DNA of 64,000 nt from Malacoraja senta (Eukaryota), in NCBI GenBank assembly GCA_038087875.1, contig CM075996.1, positions 5,210,001 to 5,274,000 on the forward strand, written 5' to 3'. This document shows positions 1 to 14,700 of this stretch, one piece after another. Both the position numbers and the translations under genes were made by a program. The notes below the pieces were generated by a model, which did no database searches, was not told the origin of the DNA, and was given only the letters and a program-made list of their open reading frames with translations. How positions within the stretch are numbered: the stretch's first letter is position 1; each line of letters starts with the position of its first letter.

Positions 1-486
1 GGAGTAGGCCTCTCGTTCCCTCAAGCCCATTCTGTCATTTAATAACTTAAGCCCTCCTAGATAACTGAAGCATAGCTTCCTGGTGACACGAGAAACTGCA
101 GACACTGGACGCTTTATCAAAACATAAAGTGTTGGATGAACTGCAAGCAGTATCTGGAGGAAATGAACAGATGATGTTGCGGGTCAGGACCATTCTTCAG
201 ACTGATGACAGGAGTTTCTTTGGTACTTTGTGTTTTGCTAATAACGAACTGTTTTTCCACTTAATTCACCTAGCAATAAAAAATAACATAATTAGTTTAC
301 TTAATGACTTGCTGTATCAGCAAATCAGCCTTTTGGGAATTATATAGGAGGGCACCTGCATCTTAGAGTTCTGCAATCTTTCACTATTTAGATAATATGC
401 TTTTTAATGTTCCTGCAAAGTGGACCATATAGCATTTATACACTGCCTTTTGTCCATTCACCTAATCTATCTTTATCTCCTGATGA

Positions 487-1950
487 ATAATAATGGTAGA
501 GCAATGGATGTTGTCTACATGGACTACAATAAGGTCCTTCATGGTTGGCTGATCCCGAAGATTAAAGCCCCTGTCCCACTTGCGTGTCCTTGGCACGCTA
601 ATTACGCGACCTCGTCGTCGCGTTGAGGCGCGACGGTCCCGCGAGAGTCGCACGCGACGTCATGCGCCCGCACAGCCGTCTGGAGCGCGTGACGTCATTT
701 GAAGATGGACACAACATGCAGGAGTAACTAAGCAGGCAGCATCTCTGGAGAGAAGGAATGGGTGATGTTTCGGGTCGAGACCCTTCTACAATCTTAAAGA
801 AGGGCCTTGACCCGAAATATCATCCATTCCTTCTCTCCAGTGATGCTGCCGGTCCCACTGAGTTACTCCTGCATTTTGTGTCTATCTTCAAGTTTCTTAG
901 CCCCGCTCTGGGAGTAGAAGTGGGGGCGGACTGGATCCGCAACTGCCGTGAGCCCCAGGCCGAGCTCGGCGATCGTTTGCCTGCTTCTGCTGTTGGAGGT
1001 GAGACGTTGCGTCGCGCCAGGGTCTCGGGCCTGTCCCACATTGACCGTCAGTTACGCGACAGGCTGGTGGCGCGCGAAGATTTAGTTCGGTACGAAATCC
1101 CAGAGCGTCGCGCGATGTCGCGCACAACTCCATACCCCTCCGCGCTTTTCAGTGGGACCGGCCCCGCGCGGCCACACAATGCCCGTGCCCCTCAACACGA
1201 CGACGAGGTCGCGTGCCAAGGACACGTAAGTGGGACAGGGCCTTAAGACACGCAGGATTCATAGTGACTTGGTAGATTGGATTTAACATTTGCATGGCCA
1301 TAGAAGACAGATAGATGGCAGTAGTGGAGGTCTGCAACCATTGGTGTTCCTCAGGGATCAGTGCTGGGACCTTTGAGGTATGTGGTCTAAATAAAATAAT
1401 TTGGATGAAAATATAAATGGGCTGATTATTAATTTTGAGTTGTGGAAATAGAAGAATGTTGCCAAGATATAGATCGGAGATATATGGGAAGAGAAAAGGT
1501 AGGTGCAGATTAATCCAAACTAGTGAAGGTTGAATGGAGGGGGGGAAATATATAACGACTGGCAGGACCCTTAACAGCATTGAAGTACAGATGGATTTTA
1601 GGGTGCAAGTCAGCTCCATGAAAGTGGCAACACAAGTAGATAGGGTGGTAAAGAACACAAATGCCATGTGCCTCATTTCTTTGGTTTTGAGGCATGGTAC
1701 AACAGTAAGGACGTCATGTTGCAGCTTTATAAAATTTTGGGTTCGGCCACAATTGGGGTATTGTAGGCAGTTGTGATTGCTGCATTGCAGGAAGGATGTG
1801 GAGGCTTTGGAGAGGGCGCAGAAGCGATTTACCAGAACGTTGCCTGGATTAGAGTGTATTAGATTGTTTTCTCGGGAATGCTGGAGGACAGAAGTATATA
1901 AAGTTATGAGTGGGCATCGATGAGATATGTTATGACTTTTCCCCAAATAA
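487..1950 (+). mobile_element. Degenerate CR1 LINE RT/C-terminal fragment (interrupted by MITE 566-1243)
   Basis: GRAMDVVYMD...IK|, gttcctcagggatcagtgctggga (VPQGSVLG), VRPQLGYC. Confidence 0.8.
566..1243. mobile_element. Harbinger-type MITE inserted in a CR1 fragment and itself interrupted by a Penelope terminal-repeat palindrome (~702-890)
   Basis: TAA-AGCCCCTGTCCCACTTGCGTGTCCTTGGCACGC ... GCGTGCCAAGGACACGTAAGTGGGACAGGGCCT-TAA. Confidence 0.9.
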
Positions 1951-3305
1951 TGTGACCTTTTCGAATTGAGCCGCTCCGAGGCTGATGCTGGCTGATGCAA
2001 GAAAGGGCATAAATGCTGGAGTAAATCAGCCAGCGGGTCAGGCAGCATCTCTGGAGAACATGGATAGGTGATGTTTCGGGTCGGGACACTTCTTCAGATT
2101 GATAAGGTTTTCATTGTCAAGAGAAACAGACATTCTCTTTCTTGGCAATTCTCTTCGTAGAATTTCCAAGCTCTGTTCATGGGGTTTATATATGTTTTAA
2201 ACACAAAAACAACAATAAATGATTGACTGCAGTTTTGGTAGCTATAATTGTCCACTAAGCTTCAACATTTTGAGTATAGACAAGTAACTTTGCAGAATTA
2301 TATATTTGTAGTGGGAGCATATTGCAGCTGCCAAGCCAACTCTGAATATTAAAACACCTTTGCTGGAACAATGTCATTCATACGGATAGTCTAAATGCTT
2401 AAGTACGGAGAAACCAAAATTCTGATGACAAGATGGGTGACAAACAACATAAACCTTCAGGATATTATGGATGTTTGAAAAATGGACAGGCAGGTGGCAG
2501 GATCAATAAGGTCAATAAGAAAAAGTACGAAGTAATGATAATTTTCCATTTAGAATGGTGACTGGGTCCTGTTTTACAACTTTGAGGCTTTTATTATGGA
2601 AGGACCTTACAAGGAAGACCCAGTTCTCTGAAGATACAGAAATAATGTCGTTGTCTTTATTGCCCCAGGCATAGAATATAAGGACAGTGTCAAACTAAGT
2701 TTAAAAACCCCCCCACTATTTTTGCCAGAGGTAATGCATGGCATTACAGTTTTGATTCACACTGTGGAGTCAGGGAGGATCCTAATGACAGGAGACCATG
2801 ACACCACGGTCCAAGTTCCCTTATGGTTCTCTAAAAGGAAGTTTGCATAGGCAATGGCATCATCCTTGCAGTTTTGCCAAGGCAATCAGGTCAAGATTGC
2901 AAAAGTGAACTTTGAGTCATTGAAGGATACAGCAAGGGTTTCGGCCCGAAACGTTGCCTATTTCCTTCGCTCCATAGATGCTGCTGCACCTGCTGAGTTT
3001 CTCCAGCACTTTTGTCTACCTTCGATTTTCCAGCATCTGCAGTACCTTCTTAAACACAGAAACAGGCCCTTCAGCCCAATGAGTCCCTGTTGCACAGCAA
3101 GCACCATTTTTTACACTCGTGCTAATCCAACCCCTTTTATTCACCCCACATTCCCATCAAACTCCCCCTGAACTTTGGTGAAACTTGGTGCCAGTTAATC
3201 TACTGACCCACACATTTTTGGGATGTGGGGGAGGGGCGTAACTGTAGCACCCAGAGGAAACACGTGCGGTCACACAGAGAACAGGCAAAATTGCAGAGGC
3301 AGCAC

Positions 3306-3667
3306 CATAGAAACAGAGTAAATAGGTGCAGGAGTAGGCCATTCGGCCCTTCATGGCTGATCATCTAAAATCAGTACCCCGTTCCTGCTTTCTCCCCATA
3401 TCCCTTGATTCCGTTAGCCCCAAGAGCTATATCAAACTCTCTCTTGAATATATCCAGTGAATTGGGCTCCACTGCCGTCCGTGGGGGAGAATTCCACAGA
3501 TTCACAACTCTCTGGGTGAAAAGGTTTTTCTTCATCTCAGTCCTAAATGGCCTACCCCTTATTCTTAAACTGTGACCCCTGGTTCTGGACCCCACTAACA
3601 TCGGGAACATTTTTCCTGCATCTAGCCTGTCCAATCACTTAAGAATTTTATATGTTTCTATAAGATC
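3306..3667 (-). mobile_element. CR1 3' fragment (similar fragments at ~6075-6382, 7925-8160, 10626-11000, 13200-13739 and 40937-41255 on -, and 18455-18856 and 29543-29863 on +)
   Basis: ORF 3371..3634: RTRGHSLRIRGRPFRTEMKKNLFTQRVVNLWNS, same family as the 3' end of 53957-55858. Confidence 0.88.
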
Positions 3668-4243
3668 CAGAGGTCAGGAGTGAAGGCCAGATACTGGAGG
3701 TGTGAGGAAGTAGTAGCTACACTACCCGACGGGTATCCCCTCTGATGGGAGGGAAGAAAGACTCCGTCTTCTCTCACCAGGCAATTCATAAAATGGCTCA
3801 GAGACAGTGCGTATTGCTCATTGTTTATGTTTTAAAAAAAATCAATTGCATAATACTGCAAGGAAAACAGCATGTAACTGAAATCCCAGGCAAAAGTACT
3901 TTCAGTCTCCACATCAAACCAGCACCTCCACCAAAACCGGGAAATGAAACTGCTCTGCCACCAGGTGGAATCTATGATTTATTTTCTCCACTAACTTGGA
4001 TTTCTCTGGTGAATGCAGATTTAATCACCAGCAAGCCCAGGACGTGCAAATGTGAGGGTCCTGGAATTACTTGTTTAAGAAGGAACCGCAGATGCTGGAA
4101 AATCAAAGGTAGACAAAAATGCTGGAGAAACTCAGCGGGTGAGGCAGCATCTATGGAGAATATAAATATATGGAGCATCCATAGATGCTGCCTCACCCGC
4201 TGAGTTTCTCCAGCATTTTTGTCCTGGAATTACTGGTGCCTTA

Positions 4244-4719
4244 AGGGCCTGTCCCACCAGCATGCAACTGCATGCGGCAAGCACGACCTAACGTGGTCGC
4301 TTGAGCCGTATGACCTCGCGGGGCCGGTCCCACTTCGATCGCCGGAGCCGTATGGAGTTGTGCGGAGCCGGTCCCGACATCGCGCGGGGCTCCGAAAAAC
4401 TGACACGGTTCAAAAATTCCGCGCGGCAACAGCCTGCCGGCCCGCAGCCACCTCGACACCGTACGCACCGCCTCGACGGGCGTGCGCAGCGTCTCGACGC
4501 CGTACGTCACGCGCAAACTTCCCACGGACTTCGCTCGAACTTCACGTCACTCACTCGACCTCCGCGTGGCCCCCGCTTCCGGTTTGGTCGCGCTCACCGC
4601 ATGCAATCGCATGCTGGTGGGACAGGCCCTGTACGGGGATCACTCGACCTCCGCACGGCCCCCACTTCCGGTTTGGTTGCGCTTGCCGCATGCAGTCGCA
4701 TGCTCGTGGGACAGGCCCT
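4244..4719. mobile_element. Harbinger MITE related to the 58-63 kb element, with tandemly duplicated right end
   Basis: TTA-AGGGCCTGTCCCACCAGCATGC ... GCATGCTCGTGGGACAGGCCCT-TTA; shares subterminal blocks CGTGGTCGCTTGAG, GCGGGGCCGGTCCCACTTC and CCCGACATCGCGC with the reverse complement of 62760-62845. Confidence 0.9.
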
Positions 4720-5706
4720 TTAGTCAGGATCAAGCCCGGGTCTCTGCCACCGTGAGGCAGCAGCTCTACTGCTGCACCACTGTTCCGCCCTTGCTTAGAC
4801 TCCACATCATTAACACTTGTCAAATCAAGCTGTGCACAGTGCACAGATCAAGGATAAAGGAATAATCTATAGTTCATGTTGGTTTAGTTTAGATGGTTTT
4901 ACTTTCCTGTCAGAGTAAGATTGCTCTGGGTTCAAACCCAATATTAAGACATTGTGTTCACGCTGTGAACTCCCATTCCACTAGAATGCCAGAAGTGTGC
5001 TTCTGTGTTCTGGGAAAGGATGTGTAGGAGTGAGAACCATCTTTCTGTGGGATTATTCCAGTATTTTACTTTAGACTTTAGAGATGCAGCACGGAAACAG
5101 GCCCTTAGGCCCACAGGGTCAGCTTCGACCAACGATCACCTCGTACACTGGCACTATCCTACACACTAGGGACAATTTACAATTTTACCAAAGCCAATTA
5201 ATCTACAAACCTGTATGTCTTTGGAGTGTGGGAGGAAACCGGAGCACCGAGTGAAAACCCACGTGATCACGGGGAGAATGTACAAACTCCATACAGACAG
5301 CGCCCGTAGTCAGGATAGAACCCAGGTCTTTGGCGCTGTGAGACAGCAGCACTATCACTTTGATGGTGTTGCAATGTTTGTTTGGAATGAATGTCATCTT
5401 CTCCTAACATTACTCTCTGGGTATCTTCATCATATCGTTTGCAGCCATTTCGAAAGGTAGATTGTCATCTTTGCCAGCAGCACCACTGTCTGTAAATTTA
5501 CTGTAAAACATGCGATCTACAAAATGGCTGTCGCCCTCCCATTTAACAAAAATAATGCATGCCATAGTGACTGATGTGAAACACAAAGAAATGCTTCTCC
5601 CTGTGTGGTTAGGCTTTAGTTGCACCATGTAATTCCACCCGCCTCCTGCCTGAATAACGATGATTCATTTTCTCCACAGCTGATACCAGCGCCTGCTGCT
5701 GTTAAC

Positions 5707-5774
5707 ATGTCGAGCACCTCTCCAGGTACACAGAAGCGCAAGGAAGAAATTCAGAAAGGATTACACTTTATTCA
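5707..5774 (+). CDS. zc3h7a: ZC3H7A coding exon 1 (MSSTSPGTQKRKEEIQKGLHFIQ)
   Basis: Acceptor ttttctccacag ends 5679, ATG at 5707, donor CA|GTAAGG; matches the family N-terminal KR..I.KGL.FIQ motif. Confidence 0.9.
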
Positions 5775-8700
5775 GTAAGGAAGGCAATGCTACCTCTCTG
5801 CTTTTTCCTGAAAGAAAAATACCTTCTGTAAGGTTTTATCATGGAGATTCCGCAGTGATGTAAATACAAGGATAATGGGCATCGGGTTATTGCATAGCAG
5901 AAGGTCCCAGATTTGGTTTTTGCTCCATAATGACACAGTTGATTTTGTCTGCAGCAGTGGATGGGCCCACCCTGCCTTTCAGTACCTGCGCCTATGACTT
6001 GGCTAAGAGGATCTGCTCCAATTTCCTTTGCCAGCGAGTGAATTTGTTGAAGTCGGAAAAGAATATGATTTTGAGTGATACAGCGTGGAAACAGGCTCTT
6101 CGACCCAACTTGCCCACGCCGACCAACATATCCCATCTACATTAGTCCCACCTGCCTGCATTTGGCCCATATTCCTCTAAACCTGTCCTATCCATGTACC
6201 TGTCTAGTTGTCTCTTAAACGTTGCAATAGTCCCTGTCTCAATTACCACCTCTGGCAGCTCGTTCCATACACCCACCACCCTTTGTGTGAAAAAGTTTCT
6301 GCTCTGATTCCTATTAAATCTTTCCCCCTTCACCTTAAACCTATGTCCTCTAGTTCTCGATTCCCCTACTTTGGGCAAGAGACTCTGCGCACCTGCTATG
6401 TCTAAAAAGACAATCTCCTGGTGCTCAGTGTCTCAAAGGTAGCAGACAGCAGATTTAAGCCGTCCTATGATTTCCCTCCACCTGCAACCTAAAACGCCCA
6501 TCTCTTCTTTCATTTGTGAAGCGTTTGACTGGTTGCTGACGTTTGTGTCTGCACTTTCAGATCAGTTAGAAATTTTCTTTAAGTTCAGACAGCATTTTAG
6601 ACTTGAGCACATGTTATCACTGCTAAGTTTCTCTCTTGAGATATGGAGATATAGTTCAGACAAATCAACCTCCCATGCCTTATTCAAGTGGCAGAATTCC
6701 TTGTTTGAATTGAGATAATTTGAATTTTATTGGGCTACCCACATCTCATCAGAAACTGTAGACTATCTTGACCCTCCTATGCCAAGCATATGTATTTCAT
6801 TTACAATGCATGTCTTGCATCCTATGCTGCTGGATCATGTATTTTCCCTTCTCCTACAGTACCTTGAAGGTCAATTGCAGTTCCTTCAGAGTGATCTCAG
6901 CAAACATGTGGCGCAGATGGTAGAAGTGCTGCCTCATAACATCAGAGACCAGGGATCGATCGTGATACCTGATGCTGTCTGTGAGGAGTTTGCACGTTCT
7001 TCCTGTGACCACATGAGTTTCCTCCGAGAGCTCTGGTTTCCTCCCATATTCCAAACAAGTGCGGTGTTATAATTTCATTCGCCTCTGTAAATTATCCTTA
7101 GTGTGTAGGGAGTGGGTGAGAAAGTGGGATAAAGTATAACTACAGATGGTCAAAAGGATACAAATTGCTTGGGGAACTTAGCGGGTCAGACAGCATCACC
7201 AGAGAACATGAATAAGTGACGGTTTGAGTCGAGACCCTCCCAGGGAGAACGTACAAACTCCGCACAGACAGCACCTGTAGTCCGGATCAAACCCAGGTCT
7301 CTGGCGCTGGAAGGCAGCAACTCTAACACTGTGCCGCCCTTCAATGCATAAATGTTGTTAGCTTCAAGTGCTTCTTCTGTTAGCATCGAAGTCCATTGCA
7401 TTACATGTATTCTGGACTTACTAACGTGAGTCACTACTATTAATGATTTGTGAATGTATTTTCTTGATTTCCTTTGCCGCGTCACCCCACTTAGACTCTT
7501 ATTTTCCAAACAGTAGGTGGTCACTGTGTTGTCACTTCCAAAATGAGTCACCTTGCACTTGCCCATCCTGAAGTCCACTTTCCAATTACGTTTATTACCA
7601 TCATTATATGGACCAATTGCCCTTAGCTAAGAGTTGTGATGGAAAAATAGTGCAACTCCGGTAGAGAGACACTGAAATTCTTGCTCCAGCTAACTGTACA
7701 TCACAATGAGTTATAGGTGTTGTATCCTTGCACAATAGGCAATATTGCTAAGAAATCTCACTGACAGTAATGGATATTTCTGCTTCTCCCACCAGATCTC
7801 CATTACCATATCCTGGAAGTCAGGATGAATACGAGGTACATGCATCTCTTACCGTATTTGATTACTAACTTGTTTTGATTTGTTTGTTTAACTCACTAAA
7901 TTAGTGTACGCCACATATAAGGTCAGAAGTGATAGGACCAGAATTAGGCCATTCGGCCCATCAAGTCTACACTGCCATTCAATCATGGCTGATCTATCTC
8001 TCCCTCCTAACCCCATTCTCCCCATAACCCCCGGCACCCGTACTAATCAAGAATCTATCTATCTCTGCCTTAAAAATATCCATTGACTTGGCCTCCACAG
8101 CCTTCTGTGGCAAAGAATGCCACAGATTCGCCACCCTCTGACTAAAGACCCTTTCCTCATTGGGAAGAGCACAGTATCCAGCCATCCCTTGCTATCATGT
8201 AATTAAAATGTGCTTCATTATTATTCCATTTTAAAACTGCACAACAGTCTAGCACAGAGCTTTGCTTCTAGAAGCCTATTAATGAAAAAATTCCCAGCTA
8301 TTGCGACACAATAAATCAAGTTCGTGGAACCTTACCTGGGACGTAGTTGAAAGTTCCCTTCGGAATTGGTGAGTTTCATTATTAGTAAAAAAAATATTGG
8401 CACAATACCACATCTATCATGTTGATAATGCTGCCATCAACTGTTTTGGCACGGAGATGGTGAATTTGCACCTTCCTCAGGGAAATCCTGGCCCATAAGT
8501 ATTTGAGCAGGCCATGCAAGTTGAAGCCACCTCTTGCCCCTGTGGAAAAAGTGGGCATAAGCTTGCATTTGCACCAATTAACCTTTGGTTCAAATCCAGA
8601 ATTCTTGTCCTGGACAATCCTTGGACAATCCTTAGGCAATGGCATACAGTCTGTCCCCACAGACGTGGCGGGGGCAATGAATTTGATGTGTGGCTTTAAC

Positions 8701-11700
8701 CTTGTGCTCAAATTATATTTCACTGGAGGGAGAAAAGTCCTTGGTTCCAATCTTAATCTCATTTAATTTAGAGTAGGTTATTCAGGCATTGAACGGCGGA
8801 GTAGACTTGATGGGCTGAATGGCCTAATTCTTCTCCTATCATTTCTGACCTTATGTGTGGCGTGCACTAATTTAGGTTGTTATTCCAAGGAGCTTTTCTG
8901 TCTTTGCAATGTTCTATGCTTAATCTCACCCTATTGCAAAGGAAATATTTTCTCTGAACCGGCAAACAAAATTCTTTATTTTTGCTCCCCCATTCTTTTT
9001 CCTCTGTTGAAATGGTCTTAATTTGCGTCACATTTCATTCTGCCTCGTTTAGCTATGCTATTTTATTTTGTCTCAAAGTAAAACTGCCTATTTTTCCACA
9101 CGGAACTGATTCGGTGTGTGCAGGGGGTAGGAGGAGACTATGTCTTGAATTGGGGTCGTTTATTAACCATGGATTACAGACAAACAAAATAATAGGACTA
9201 AGGTTTAGGCTTATAAATTCAGTGACCCCATCCCCAGGAATAAAACTCAGGCACCAAGACATTAGGTCAATATATTTGGTCACAATGAGGGAAGAAGAAT
9301 TATCTTGCATATTTTCTGCTTTGGAACAAATCTACATGGCACTCTGGTTAATCTCATGGGCTGTCCCACTGTACGAGCTGATTAAAGAGTTATCCCGAGT
9401 TTCCCCTGATTTGAACTCGGAGAATTACCGTAATAGCCGCTCGTAGGTACTCGGGGCTCTCGTGGACATGTTCAACATGTTGAAAAATCTTCACGAGTCT
9501 TCCTGAGCTTACCGCGTTTCCCGAGTACCTGCCGTTAGCGTTACGAGCCGCTAAGAGACGTCCCGAGCTCCGACGTACCCGCTACGTACATTCTACGTGC
9601 TTACCACGAGTTTTTTTTAATTTTTTTACTCGGGAGAGCTCTTGAATTAGCTCGTACAGCCCCTTTAGTGAGATAGATGTTGAACCCTCTGTAGATTGAT
9701 CGAATGTGGTGGAATAATGGTGATTGCCTTGCATTCTCTCTGCTCTGTTCAATCAACTGTAGATTCGCATCGGAGAACCAGCATATTCAGAAAAGGTCGA
9801 GTTAACCCATAAGCTTTCTGAGATCCATACTGAGAGAATAGAGAAGGAAGAGTAATAGTGAGGCAACTGAACAAACTAAAATGGATGGTCTGATTTGAGG
9901 CTGTTATGAGATTTTACCACCAGGTGACAGCAAGAGGTTGAAAATGTTGAACGGCAAACTAACAAAGGGTTCAACTTAAATGCACAATTTTGTTTCTTGT
10001 TCGTGTTAAGACTTTCCTGCATCAGCTTGTCAAAAACTTACTGGAAGAAGGGAATGAGCTGTACAGAGCGACGGATTATAAACAGGCCCTGTTCCAATAT
10101 GTTGAAGCCTTGAACGTAGCCCAGTATGCAGAATCAGATGATGTTGTGATCTCGCAGCGTTTGCTGGAGCACCTGTATGTTAATCGAGCAACCTGCTATT
10201 TCAGTATGGTGAGTGTTCACAGGGATTCTATAATTTACAGTTATTTTTAAGACAAAGGCATATTAGCCAACATTTATCTTTCAGGTAACACCAATGAAAG
10301 GGAGTATCTGGTCATTTATCTCATTGCTGTTTATGGGGGCTTGGTGTATGAAATTTGGGTCCTGCAATTCCTCCCTCCTCGGAAATACTATTTTGGCTAT
10401 TAAGCTGTTTGGGATACTACGAATCCATGAACCTAGGAAACATCCTACGAGTGTTCCATGCTCCTTTTTATACTTTAATAAAATCATTGCTCATTCTCCA
10501 ATGCTCTGAAGGTAGAAGTCCAAGGCTATCCAGCCTCTTCCTATAACTCAAGCCTGCCTGGTAACATCCTGGTAAATCTCTCTGCACCCTTTCCAACATG
10601 ATGACATCTCATAGCTGGGAGACCCACAGAAACATAGAAAATAGGTGCAGGAGGAGGCCATTCGGCCCTTCGAGCCAGCACCGCCATTCATTGCGATCAT
10701 GGCTGATCGTCCCCAATCAATAACCCGTGCCTGCCTTCTCCCCATATCCCTTGATTCCACCAGCCCCTAGAGCTCTATCTAACTATCTTACACCCATCCA
10801 GTGATTTGGCCTCCACTGCCCTCTGCGGCAGGGAATTCCACAAATTCACAACTCTCTGGGTGAAAACGTTTCTTCTCACCTCAGTCTTAAATGGCTTTCC
10901 CTTTATTCTAAGACTATGGCCCCTGGTTTGGGACTCGCCCAACATTGGGAACATTTTTCCTGCATCTAGCTTGTCCAGTCCTATTATAATTTTATATGTT
11001 TCTTGGTGTTATCTGAAAGATAAATGACCCGGTTTGCTCACAGCCCTCCAAGTGTGGCCTCACCAACAACTTGCCCAGCTGTATCACGATGTCCCAACTT
11101 TTGTGCTCATAATCCTGAACAATAAAAGCAAACGTGCCAAGCACTTGCATCCCCACCCTGTTCACCACAATCGCCGTCTGCAAGGACCTGTACTCATGGT
11201 GGCAGCTGGCAAGGGGATGAGTACGGTCTACACAGAGACAACAATTGGCCTCCAAAGGGCAAGGCGAGAGAACGACTGATTAAGATATTTTAGGGCTGGC
11301 ACTGGTGCAGCAAACCCTGGAGAAAAGGGGCACTCTCAGAAAATTAGCAAAAGTAAAATTCATATTTACCTCTCTAACATGGGGCAATGGGAAAGTAAGG
11401 CTCTGTGTCCATGGGTTGCTAACCTTGACTGTTTTTGCAGGGTGTACATGAGAAAGCGCTGGAAGACTGTGAAAGCGCTTTGAAGCTGAATGAAAACAAT
11501 TATCGGGCACTTTATCGGAAAACCAGAGCGCTCAATGAACTAGGGAAGCATAAAGAAGCGTATGAATGCATAGCCAAGTGTTCATTCGCTGTTCCCCAGG
11601 TGAGTAATTATGTTTACAAGTATTTATAACCTTTTGTCTCCTTTTCAGCTCCAGCCTTTGTCCACCCATCTGCCAATCGAAAAATCCCCCTCATCTGCAT

Positions 11701-14700
11701 CCACTTATCACTTGCCAGAAAAAAAAGACACAAGTTGCTGGAGTAACTCAGAGGATCAGGCGTTTCGGGTTGGGACCCTTCTTCAAGACTGATTGTGGTT
11801 GGATTGGGAGAGGGGAGAAAGCAGGAATATGTCCACTTTAAAAAAATATATATATGATTTACCAAATACAGACATCCATGATGCATAAAAAATCTGCCTG
11901 CGAACGTTAAACCCCTGTCCCACGGTACGATTTCTTTCCAAGAGCTCTCTCTCCCGAGTTTGCCCTGATTCGAACTCGGAGATTTACGGTAATGGCCACT
12001 CGTCGGTACTCGGGGCTCTCGTGGACATTTTTCATCATGTTGAAAAATCTTCACGAGTCTTCCCGTGCTTACCTGCCATTAGCGAGTTTTCCCGAGTACC
12101 TGCCGTTAGCGCTAAGAGACGTCCCCGAGCTCCGACGTATCCGTTCATTCTCCGTGCTTACCATGAGTTTGATTTTTTTTAAACTCGGGAGAGCTCTTGG
12201 AATGAACTCGCACCGTGGGACAGGGCCATTAGGCATCCTCCCCAGTTCTCACGCTTGCATGTATTTTCTGAAAACTTAATTTCAAACCCCAAGCAACTAT
12301 ATCTAGGTCAATAATATAAATAGCAACGAGAAAAGATCCCAGTAAAAGTCTCTTGGGACCCAACTGGTAACAGGACTCCAAGTACATCTTGTGCTATGTT
12401 CAAGCATTCAGACTATTCTTAATCCACTGCAGCAGATTGCTTCCAGTCCTACAGTACTCTATCCCAGATAGTAACCTGTCACCACATAGTGTCGTAGAAA
12501 CCTACAGCATGGAAATGGGCTCTTCAGCCCAACTTGCCTATGTCAACCAAGATGCACCATCTACATTAGTCCCACCTGCCTGCATGTAGCCCACATCCCT
12601 CTTATCTTTTCCTATCCACGTACCTGTCCAAATATCTTTTAAATGTTGTTATAGTCCCTGCCTCAACTACTTCCTCTGGCAGCTCGTTCCATAATTCCAG
12701 CAGAGTGTCGACCTCAAGCTACTCCGTTAAAGTAGCAAGATTTATTATCTGGAAGCTCAGTTAAGTCTCTCTGCTTTTTCTTGTTCCACTCTAAATTTGC
12801 CATATCAGGGAAAGTCGGGATATCTTTCAGCTAATTACATATCATGGCGATGTAACAAATTGCCCCACTTTATACCACCCAGTACCATCTTATTCTTTTT
12901 GGAAATTGTAAATGTATTGGCTTCCTTCCAGCCTGGGAAATGATCTCTGACTTTGGCAAGCTGCTAAAGATTCAGATAAGAGGCTCATCTAGTATATATT
13001 TCAATTCAATTCAATCCCCTTGCAAGGTCAAAAGCAGAAGATCATAAGTCGGCGACTTTAATTTTAACAATAGTTGTCTTCTCCTCCTGAAGATACTGAG
13101 ACTGATTCCACAAGCGCTGTTTACCTGAAAGAACAATTGGACAATTTGCTGGTCCCCAAACCATGAACATAGAATACATGCGGCAGATTCAGGCGCAAGT
13201 TCACAAGTTATAGGAGTGGAATTCGGCCATTCGGCCCATCGAGTCCACTCTGCCGTTCAATCACGGCTGATCTCTGCCTCCTAATCCCATTTTCCTGCCT
13301 TGACACCTGTTCTAATCAAGAACGTATCTGTCTCTGCCTTAAAAATATCCACTGACTTGGCCTCCACAGCCCTCTGTGGCAATAAGTTCCACAGATTAAT
13401 TACCCTCCGACTAAAGAAGTTCCTCCTCACCTCCCTTCTAAAAGAGTACCCTTTAATTCAGACTCTGGTCCTAGACTCTCCCACCAGTGGAAACATCCTT
13501 TCCACATCCACTCTATCTATGCCTTTCATTATTCTGTAAGTTTCAACGAGGTCCCCCCGCCCCTCAACTTTCCAAACTCCAACGAGTAGAGGCCCAGTGC
13601 TAACCCACTCATTCCTGGAATCATTCTTGTAAACCACCCCTGGACCATCTCCAAAGCCAGCATGCCCTTCCTCGGGTATGGGGTCCAAATTTGCTCACAG
13701 TACACCAAATGCGGCCTGACCAGCGCCTTATAGAGCCTCAGGCAAGAGGCTGTGCCTGTAATGGCAGAGTGCCTCAAGCCTGCTCCGCCATTACAGATGA
13801 TGCATTATATCTGCAACTTTGGCTTTCTTTCTGCAACTTGCCTCCATATTATGAAGCCACCCATTTGCTAACGAGGACCTCTAACTGGCACAAACCAAGG
13901 ATTAAACCCGAGACTGTTTCATCCATTATGGACAGCAATCAGAAGCAGCATTTTCTGGGCAATGTGCTGATTACAAAAATGGAAACGAAACTTGGGATGT
14001 GAAACTATAGAGGGATTATGTGTTATTCCTTTTATATTTAGGATGAAAATGTTGTGAAATTGACCCAAGAACTAGCACAGAAGTTGGGGCTACGGATCCG
14101 TAAAGCATATATCAGAGCTCAGGTAAGGTGCTCTGGACTTGCTGTGTGTCTTTTCCTCTTTCCCTCTTTTAATTTCCCTACAGATATAAAAAATAATGGG
14201 AATGAGATCTACAGGGAGTCTAAACCATTAATGTTGGAGTAGATGATGGCATGATTGTTAGTTGGATGGAGAACAAATATCCCACCAAGAAATAGGATAA
14301 GATACAAACTCTGTAAGGGTATGAAGGCACCCAGAAATGTATGCAACATTGCAGTCCACTAGGATAACCCAATTTTCAACATTTCAAGTGGTTTTATTTG
14401 GAGGGTTTGAATACATTTCTAACTCACTATGTTCAATTCCAGCCACAACGCTTTAGGCTGGCAGTCAAAGAGCAGGAGAGGGTTCAACTAAGATTTAATA
14501 GAATGATGCTATGGATAAAGGACTTTAGTTATTTGGAGAGGCTGGAAAACTGGTATTACAGGGGAAGAGGTTAAGGGGAGGTTTAAATGTTCATAGTTAA
14601 AAAAAATGCAAACTAACAAATCCAAATGATGATCATTTGGCTTGCGTTGTTAGTGAATGACCTATTTTGATCTTGATTAGTAAGGGTGTCAAAGGATATG

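Noticed and set aside
566..1243. CpG-island promoter or first exon of ZC3H7A
   Set aside because: CpG richness is confined exactly between TIRs with a TAA TSD (same for 4244-4719); it is a MITE
1149..2048. 299-aa minus-strand ORF
   Set aside because: Antisense read-through of a degenerate CR1 fragment plus adjacent repeats
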